DNA of 46,232 nucleotides from a virus (Duplodnaviria; Heunggongvirae; Uroviricota; Caudoviricetes): IMG/VR virus record IMGVR_UViG_2778261384_000001; one strand, 5' to 3'. Shown piece by piece: positions 39,860 to 46,232 of this stretch (position 1 is its first letter; each line of letters starts with the position of its first letter). The notes under the pieces were generated by a model. It saw only the letters and a program-made list of their open reading frames with translations, ran no database searches and was not told where the DNA came from. The position numbers and the translations under genes were made by a program.

Positions 39860-40267
39860 ATGGAAACAAAAAATTTAACTATCGGCGAACGCATTAGGTA
39901 TCGTCGGAAAAACCTCAAACACACCCAAAGGTCTCTTGCTAAAGCCCTGAAAATCTCCCATGTGTCTGTATCACAATGGGAACGGGATGATAGTGAACCT
40001 ACAGGGAAGAACCTTTTTGCCCTCAGCAAAGTATTGCAATGCTCACCAACATGGATTCTATTTGGCGATGAAGACAAGCAACCAACACCACCTGTTGAGA
40101 AGCCAGTTGCCTTATCCCCCAAAGAACTAGAGCTCCTTGAGCTGTTTAATGCACTGCCAGAATCAGAACAGGATACCCAGCTCGCCGAAATGCGAGCTCG
40201 AGTAAAAAACTTCAATAAACTCTTTGAAGAATTACTAAAAGCCCGTCAGCGGACAAATAAAAGATAA
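39860..40267 (+). CDS. dicA: HTH (XRE-family) repressor DicA (135 aa)
   Basis: METKNLTIGERIRYRRKNLKHTQRSLAKALKISHVSVSQWERDDSEPT... Confidence 0.9.
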   Translation: METKNLTIGERIRYRRKNLKHTQRSLAKALKISHVSVSQWERDDSEPTGKNLFALSKVLQCSPTWILFGDEDKQPTPPVEKPVALSPKELELLELFNALPESEQDTQLAEMRARVKNFNKLFEELLKARQRTNKR

Positions 40268-40327
40268 CATCATCAATGAGTTATTTTTTACCACATCAAT
40301 CATGTTAGCCATAACATACAAAATCAC

Positions 40328-40356
40328 TTGACCTATATGTTAGCCATGGCTAATCT
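40328..40356 (+). promoter_or_regulatory. candidate promoter of the ydfA-dicF-dicB operon with embedded operator palindrome
   Basis: TTGACC (40328-40333), 17-bp spacer, TAATCT (40351-40356); perfect palindrome TTAGCCATGGCTAA (40340-40353) in the spacer. Confidence 0.45.
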
Positions 40357-40433
40357 TATTTGCATCAACACACCGCACGGTGTTCTCAGCAAACAGTTCC
40401 GCTACCCCAGCGTTAAGGGGAAATGAGGTCAGC

Positions 40434-40589
40434 ATGGATACTATCGATCTTGGCAACAACGAATCTCTGGTGTACGGCGTGTTCCCCAACCAGGACGGCA
40501 CGTTCACCGCGATGACGTATACCAAAAGCAAAACGTTTAAAACCGAAAATGGTGCCCGTCGCTGGCTGGAAAGAAACTCAGGTGAGTGA
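40434..40589 (+). CDS. ydfA: small protein YdfA (51 aa)
   Basis: MDTIDLGNNESLVYGVFPNQDGTFTAMTYTKSKTFKTENGARRWLERNSGE. Confidence 0.75.
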   Translation: MDTIDLGNNESLVYGVFPNQDGTFTAMTYTKSKTFKTENGARRWLERNSGE

Positions 40590-40590
40590 T

Positions 40591-41166
40591 ATGGATTTCG
40601 ACACAATCATGGAAAAGGCTTACGAAGAATACTTCGAAGGCCTTGCCGAAGGCGAAGAAGCTCTCAGCTTCAGTGAGTTTAAACAGGCACTCAGAATAAG
40701 AATGTGCTCTCACAATGACGCGGAGCACAAATATGAGAAGCAAAATCAGACCGCAGACAATTTTGTTCTGGAACCCGGAGAAACGCTTTTCAAAATTCCC
40801 GTTACGTGCCCCATTTGCGGTTTTACATCAGAAGAACTTGACGACTCCTGTAACAATCAGGAAACAACCAAGTATGTCGAAGATGATACCGAGTGCGCAC
40901 GAAGAACGATTATATCCACGAGTCCAAACTCCAGGACCAATAAATCTCACTTTGAGAGGGTGATTAATCCACTCCCCCAAACCAATAAAAAAGATGCCGG
41001 AGGACAAAAAACCCAATGGAACAACGGGATATCTGTCAAAAAAAGACGTTCCATTAAAGACAAACAACGCAGCGCCAACAACTGTAAGCGCTTTATACCA
41101 GTAATCAATTTTCATGTTCTTAAGCGGATTTATTGGTGGTTGCGACATTGCTTAATGAATCCTTAA
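40591..41166 (+). CDS. YdfB-like protein, extended form (about 191 aa) with CxxC motif
   Basis: ATG 40591 two nt after ydfA stop; N-terminus MDFDTIMEKAYEEYFEGLAEGEE; C-terminal half low complexity, so extent uncertain. Confidence 0.45.
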   Translation: MDFDTIMEKAYEEYFEGLAEGEEALSFSEFKQALRIRMCSHNDAEHKYEKQNQTADNFVLEPGETLFKIPVTCPICGFTSEELDDSCNNQETTKYVEDDTECARRTIISTSPNSRTNKSHFERVINPLPQTNKKDAGGQKTQWNNGISVKKRRSIKDKQRSANNCKRFIPVINFHVLKRIYWWLRHCLMNP

Positions 41167-41425
41167 AACTGTGGTGATTTTAAGGATACCACCTCGCCTG
41201 ACGTGGTTAAAAGCAGGCACACAACACGAAAGCGCACGGCGAAGTTCGTCTCACTGTACGGTGTCGTTAAATTTAATTCGACCGTGCGCTTCCGGTTGTG
41301 GCAACCCGCGAAATGGCGCGGCGGTAAGTATGGCGGGGTTATTCCTTCCCCGTTGAGGACACCGAGTTGTCAGGTTGACCATACGCTTAAGTGACAACCC
41401 CGCTGCAACGCCCTCTGTTATCAAT

Positions 41426-41478
41426 TTTCTGGTGACGTTTGGCGGTATCAGTTTTACTCCGTGACTGCTCTGCCGCCG
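41426..41478 (+). ncRNA. dicF: DicF small regulatory RNA
   Basis: tttctggtgacgtttggcggtatcagttttactccgtgactgctctgccgccg matches remembered 53-nt DicF; followed by TTTTT. Confidence 0.75.
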
Positions 41479-41652
41479 TTTTTAAAGTGAATTTTGTGAT
41501 GCGGTGAATGCGGCTAAGCGCACGCGGAACAGTTAAAACCAAAAACAGTGTTATGGGTGGATTCTCTGTATCCGGCGTTAATTGTTAACTGGTTAACGTC
41601 ACCTGGAGGCACCAGGCACTGCATCACAAAATTCATTGTTGAGGACGCGATA

Positions 41653-41841
41653 ATGAAAACGTTATTACCAAACGTTAATACGTCTGAAGGTTGTTTTGAA
41701 ATTGGTGTCACTATCAGTAACCCTGTATTTACTGAAGATGCCATTAACAAGAGAAAACAAGAACGGGAGCTATTAAATAAAATATGCATTGTTTCAATGC
41801 TGGCTCGTTTACGTCTGATGCCAAAAGGATGTGCACAATGA
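41653..41841 (+). CDS. dicB: cell division inhibitor DicB (62 aa)
   Basis: MKTLLPNVNTSEGCFEIGVTISNPVFTEDAINKRKQERELLNKICIVSMLARLRLMPKGCAQ; GAGGA RBS. Confidence 0.9.
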   Translation: MKTLLPNVNTSEGCFEIGVTISNPVFTEDAINKRKQERELLNKICIVSMLARLRLMPKGCAQ

Positions 41842-42029
41842 ATTCAGCATTTGCGCTTGTTCTGACAGTTTTTCTTGTTTCCGGAGAGCCAGTTGATATT
41901 GCAGTCAGTGTTCACAGGACAATGCAGGAGTGTATGACTGCAGCAACCGAACAGAAAATTCCCGGTAACTGTTACCCGGTCGATAAAGTTATTCACCAGG
42001 ATAATAACGAAATCCCGGCAGGTCTTTAA
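41838..42029 (+). CDS. ydfD: small protein YdfD (63 aa), reported lysis-associated
   Basis: MNSAFALVLTVFLVSGEPVDIAVSVHRTMQECM...; ATGA overlap with dicB stop. Confidence 0.8.
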   Translation: MNSAFALVLTVFLVSGEPVDIAVSVHRTMQECMTAATEQKIPGNCYPVDKVIHQDNNEIPAGL

Positions 42030-42121
42030 AACAGTTCCGTAATAAACATCCGATTTCATTCTTATATGCCAGCAATGGCAGGGATTTGTTCACCCTTAAA
42101 TCTGTAATGAGGTAAAACAAA

Positions 42122-44593
42122 ATGAGTAAAGTCTTTATTTGCGCCGCCATTCCGGACGAACAGGCAATAAAGGAAGAAGGTGCCGTCGCTGTAGCCACTG
42201 CCATTGAAGCCGGTGATGAACGTCGCGCCCGCGCAAAATTTCACTGGCAATTCCTGGAACATTATCCGGCTGCTCAGGACTGCGCTTATAAATTTCTTGT
42301 TTGCGAGGATAAACCCGGTATACCCCGCCCTGCCCTCGATTCCTGGGATGCTGAATATATGCAGGAAAACCGCTGGGATGAGGCGTCTGCTTCCTTTGTC
42401 CCGGTCGAGACTGAATCCGATCCGATGAACGTCACTTTTGACAACCTAGCCCCTGAAGTACAGAACGCTGTCATGGTTAAGTTCGACACATGTGAAAACA
42501 TCACTGTTGATATGGTGATTAGCGCACAGGAATTGTTGCAGGAAGACATGGCAACATTCGACGGCCATATCGTTGAAGCGTTGATGAAAATGCCAGAAGT
42601 TAACGCTATGTATCCGGAGCTTAAGCTGCATGCCATCGGGTGGGTTAAGCATAAATGTAAGCCTGGTGCCAAATGGCCCGAAATTCAGGCAGAGATGCGC
42701 ATCTGGAAAAAACGTCGCGAAGGTGAACGCAAGGAAGCCGGAAAATACACGTCTGTTGTTGATCTCGCCCGCGCCAGAGCCAATCAACAGCACACTGAAA
42801 ATTCAACAGGAAAAATCAACCCGGTCATTGCTGCCATTCATCGCGAATACAAGCAGACATGGAAAACACTGGATGACGAACTGGCCTACGCTCTCTGGCC
42901 TGGTGATGTGGATGCCGGAAACATTGACGGCAGCATCCATCGCTGGGCAAAAAATGAAGTTATCGACAACGACCGCGAAGACTGGAAGCGTATCTCGGCA
43001 TCAATGCGCAAACAGCCTGATGCCCTTCGCTACGACCGCCAGACTATTTTTGGCCTTGTCCGTGAACGTCCGATCGACATTCACAAAGACCCTGTGGCAC
43101 TGAACAAATACATTACTGAATACCTGACTACAAAGGGCGTGTTTGAAGATGAAGGAACAAATCAGAGCGCAACTGATACTCTCTCGTCGCCAGTACCAGA
43201 AACTGATGCAGTGGAAACGGCAATTCCAGACAACGAAAAAACCGAATGCAAAGTGGAAGTCGAACCATCTGTAGAACGTGAGGGGCCGTTCTACTTCCTC
43301 TTCACCGACAAGGATGGCGAAAAATACGGTCGCGCAAATAAACTTTCTGGTCTGGATAAGGCGCTGTCTGCTGGGGCTACTGAAATCACGAAAGAAGAAT
43401 ATTTCGCCCGCAAAAACGGTACATACTCAGGTTCACAACAAAATACTGGTGCATCTGACACGACCGCACAACCAGGGTCAGTAAAAGTTACCGCTGACGA
43501 AGTAAACAAAATTATGCAGGCAGCCAATATCAGCCAGCCTGACGCCGATGAACTGCTTGCAGTATCACGTGGTGAATTTGTTGAAGGGATTAGCGACCCG
43601 AATGATCCGAAATGGATTAAGGGGATCCAGACCCGCGATTCTGTGAACCAGAACCAGCAAGAAACGGAACAGAACGACCAGAAAGCGGAACAAAACAGCC
43701 CAAATACGCAACAAAACGAGCCAGAAACGAAACAACCTGAACCAGTAGTGCAACAGGAACCGGAAAAGATCTGCACCGCCTGCGGTCAGAGCGGTGGCGG
43801 CAACTGCCCTGATTGTGGTGCGGTGATGGGTGACGCAACATACCAGGAAATATTCGATGGAGAGAATCAGCCTGAAGTTCAGGAAAATGATCCGGAGGAA
43901 ATGGAAGGCACTGCGCATCAGCACAAGGAGAACACTGGCAGCAATCAGCATCATGCCAGCGATAGTGAAACTGGCGAGGCGTCAGATCCCTTAATTAAGG
44001 CAAACGGTCATCATAATCTCACATCCACCAGCAGAGCGGGGATTCATCTGATGATCGACCTTGAAACCATGGGAAAAAATCCCGATGCCCCGATTATCTC
44101 AATAGGTGCAATATTTTTCGATCCGCAAACCGGAGATATGGGACCGGAATTTAGTAAGACTATCGATCTGGAAACTGCTGGCGGAGTCATTGATCGGGAC
44201 ACCATTAAATGGTGGCTTAAACAATCACGCGAAGCGCAATCTGCCATTATGACCGATGAAATCCCGTTAGATGATGCACTGTTACAATTGCGGGAATTTA
44301 TCGACGAAAACTCCGGTGAATTTTTTGTTCATGTCTGGGGAAATGGAGCCAACTTCGACAACACGATTTTGCGCCGTTCATACGAACGGCAGGGGATCCC
44401 CTGCCCGTGGCGTTACTACAACGATCGCGATGTACGCACAATCGTTGAGCTGGGGAAAGCCATAGACTTCGATGCCAGAACGGCTATTCCATTCGAAGGT
44501 GAGCGCCATAATGCACTTGATGACGCCCGTTACCAGGCAAAATACGTTTCAGCTATCTGGCAAAAACTGATCCCGAGTCAGGCTGATTCTTAA
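42122..44593 (+). CDS. large prophage protein (823 aa) with C-terminal DEDDh 3'-5' exonuclease domain, central zinc ribbon and Q/E-rich linker; full-length counterpart of YdfE
   Basis: Exo motifs MIDLETMG, WGNGANFDNTIL, HNALDDARY; CTACGQSGGGNCPDCG; TGAGG RBS. Confidence 0.8.
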   Translation: MSKVFICAAIPDEQAIKEEGAVAVATAIEAGDERRARAKFHWQFLEHYPAAQDCAYKFLVCEDKPGIPRPALDSWDAEYMQENRWDEASASFVPVETESDPMNVTFDNLAPEVQNAVMVKFDTCENITVDMVISAQELLQEDMATFDGHIVEALMKMPEVNAMYPELKLHAIGWVKHKCKPGAKWPEIQAEMRIWKKRREGERKEAGKYTSVVDLARARANQQHTENSTGKINPVIAAIHREYKQTWKTLDDELAYALWPGDVDAGNIDGSIHRWAKNEVIDNDREDWKRISASMRKQPDALRYDRQTIFGLVRERPIDIHKDPVALNKYITEYLTTKGVFEDEGTNQSATDTLSSPVPETDAVETAIPDNEKTECKVEVEPSVEREGPFYFLFTDKDGEKYGRANKLSGLDKALSAGATEITKEEYFARKNGTYSGSQQNTGASDTTAQPGSVKVTADEVNKIMQAANISQPDADELLAVSRGEFVEGISDPNDPKWIKGIQTRDSVNQNQQETEQNDQKAEQNSPNTQQNEPETKQPEPVVQQEPEKICTACGQSGGGNCPDCGAVMGDATYQEIFDGENQPEVQENDPEEMEGTAHQHKENTGSNQHHASDSETGEASDPLIKANGHHNLTSTSRAGIHLMIDLETMGKNPDAPIISIGAIFFDPQTGDMGPEFSKTIDLETAGGVIDRDTIKWWLKQSREAQSAIMTDEIPLDDALLQLREFIDENSGEFFVHVWGNGANFDNTILRRSYERQGIPCPWRYYNDRDVRTIVELGKAIDFDARTAIPFEGERHNALDDARYQAKYVSAIWQKLIPSQADS

Positions 44594-44665
44594 TGTTCAA
44601 CTGTCGCCGGTTGTGACTGGTATTCTGCAACCGGCGCTCGTCTGATGTAAGAGATAAAGAAATCG

Positions 44666-44917
44666 ATGAGCGAAGTAATCATGATTGTCTCTCCCGGCAA
44701 ATGGGTATCCGAAGAGCAGTTAATTGCGCTGAAAGGAATAAAAAAAGGTACGTTAAAAAAGGCCCGGGAAAAATCGTTTATGGAAGGAAGGGAATATAAG
44801 CATGTCGCTCATGACGGTATGCCATGGGATAACAGTCCATGCTTTTACAACCTGGAAGAAATTGATCGCTGGATTGAGCGCCAGGCATCAGCAAGACCAA
44901 GACGTCATCTTACTTGA
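44666..44917 (+). CDS. xis: excisionase-like DNA-binding protein (Xis), start may be 44681
   Basis: Small basic protein immediately upstream of integrase; GREY-containing segment resembling lambda Xis. Confidence 0.65.
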   Translation: MSEVIMIVSPGKWVSEEQLIALKGIKKGTLKKAREKSFMEGREYKHVAHDGMPWDNSPCFYNLEEIDRWIERQASARPRRHLT

Positions 44918-44951
44918 CTAAAAGCCACACTAACTAATGAGAGAAGTTGAA

Positions 44952-46232
44952 ATGAAATATCCGACAGGCGTGGAAAACCATGGAGGGAAATTACGTATCT
45001 GGTTTGTTTATAAAGGCGTAAGAGTCAGGGAAAATCTGGGGGTTCCTGACACAGCAAAAAACAGGCGCGTTGCAGGTGAACTACGCTCCTCTGTTTGTTA
45101 CGCAATAAAAACTGGTGTTTTCGACTATGCAAAACAGTTTCCCTCCTCACGCAATCTGGAAAAATTTGGTGAGGCCCGACAAGATTTAACCATAAAAGAA
45201 CTGGCTGAAAAATTTCTGGCACTGAAAGAAACTGAAGTCGCCAAAACATCACTCAACACATACCGTGCCGTCATCAAAAATATCCTGAGCATAATCGGTG
45301 AAAAAAATCTTGCCTCATCGATTAATAAAGAAAAATTACTGGAGGTTCGTAAAGAGCTACTGACTGGATACCAGATCCCCAAAAGTAACTATATTGTTAC
45401 ACAACCAGGGAGATCGGCTGTAACTGTAAATAATTACATGACAAATCTTAACGCCGTGTTCCAGTTTGGTGTTGATAACGGTTACCTGGCAGATAACCCG
45501 TTTAAGGGGATCTCGCCATTAAAGGAATCAAGAACCATTCCGGATCCTCTTTCGCGGGAGGAATTCATCCGTCTTATCGATGCGTGCAGAAATCAGCAAG
45601 CAAAAAATTTATGGTGTGTTTCTGTTTATACTGGCGTTCGCCCTGGTGAGCTGTGTGCACTTGGATGGGAGGACATAGATCTGAAAAATGGAACAATGAT
45701 GATCAGGAGAAATTTAGCAAAAGACCGTTTCACGGTACCAAAAACACAGGCGGGAACCAATCGGGTCATTCATCTTATTAAGCCAGCAATCGACGCTCTC
45801 CGGAGTCAGATGACATTAACGAGACTGAGCAAAGAGCATATCATTGATGTTCACCTCAGAGAGTATGGCAGAACAGAAAAACAAAAATGCACCTTTGTTT
45901 TTCAACCTGAAGTGTCAGCGAGAGTAAAAAATTATGGTGACCATTTTACCGTTGACTCAATAAGGCAGATGTGGGACGCAGCGATAAAACGTGCCGGACT
46001 CCGCCATCGAAAATCATATCAGTCGAGACATACTTATGCCTGCTGGTCGCTGACAGCTGGTGCTAACCCGGCATTTATAGCAAACCAGATGGGCCATGCA
46101 GATGCGCAAATGGTATTTCAGGTATACGGAAAATGGATGTCTGACAACAATAATGCACAGGTAGCTTTGTTAAATACACAGTTAAGCGAGTTTGCCCCAA
46201 CCATGCCCCATAACGAAGCAATGAAAAATTAA
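44952..46232 (+). CDS. int: tyrosine site-specific integrase (about 426 aa)
   Basis: C-terminal catalytic region with R...HxxR...Y signature (SRHTYACWSL ... MGHADAQMVFQVYGKW); ORF ends at window edge. Confidence 0.9.
   Translation: MKYPTGVENHGGKLRIWFVYKGVRVRENLGVPDTAKNRRVAGELRSSVCYAIKTGVFDYAKQFPSSRNLEKFGEARQDLTIKELAEKFLALKETEVAKTSLNTYRAVIKNILSIIGEKNLASSINKEKLLEVRKELLTGYQIPKSNYIVTQPGRSAVTVNNYMTNLNAVFQFGVDNGYLADNPFKGISPLKESRTIPDPLSREEFIRLIDACRNQQAKNLWCVSVYTGVRPGELCALGWEDIDLKNGTMMIRRNLAKDRFTVPKTQAGTNRVIHLIKPAIDALRSQMTLTRLSKEHIIDVHLREYGRTEKQKCTFVFQPEVSARVKNYGDHFTVDSIRQMWDAAIKRAGLRHRKSYQSRHTYACWSLTAGANPAFIANQMGHADAQMVFQVYGKWMSDNNNAQVALLNTQLSEFAPTMPHNEAMKN

Noticed and set aside
40828-41148. 106-aa minus-strand ORF with two hydrophobic segments overlapping the ydfB-like gene
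   Set aside because: Antisense inside the plus-strand dicA-dicB operon and overlaps the ORF continuing from ydfA; cannot be excluded but the co-oriented frame is preferred.

Overview
Almost the whole window (about 1285-46232) is a Qin-family lambdoid prophage of Escherichia coli, apparently complete, lying beside the MFS transporter gene ydfJ (1-1284, minus strand). All calls are from reading the sequence and ORF track against remembered protein families; no database search was run. Left to right: ydfK cold-shock-like gene and a Pin-family invertase; a complete lambda-like tail module on the minus strand (tfa, stf, lom, J, I, K, L, M, H, G/T, V, U, Z); a non-lambda head module with a ClpP-protease/scaffold/capsid fusion, portal, W-like protein and lambda-type terminase (A, Nu1); a cos site resembling lambda cosN; an accessory block (ydfO, gnsB, cspI); a lysis cassette (pinholin essQ, ydfR, SAR endolysin rrrQ, Rz with embedded Rz1); cspB/cspF; Q antiterminator with a candidate late promoter and terminator; ydfU-rem; the hokD type I toxin; replication genes; the dicC/dicA switch with operator palindromes; ydfA, DicF sRNA, dicB, ydfD; a large exonuclease-domain protein; xis and int. 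The most interesting element is an AT-rich, opposite-strand moron (36060-37394) encoding a 444-aa FRG-domain protein between hokD and the replication genes, where I recall K-12 Qin carrying relBE; I consider it a candidate single-gene anti-phage defence or exclusion factor. No tRNA, rRNA, CRISPR array or IS element was recognised.
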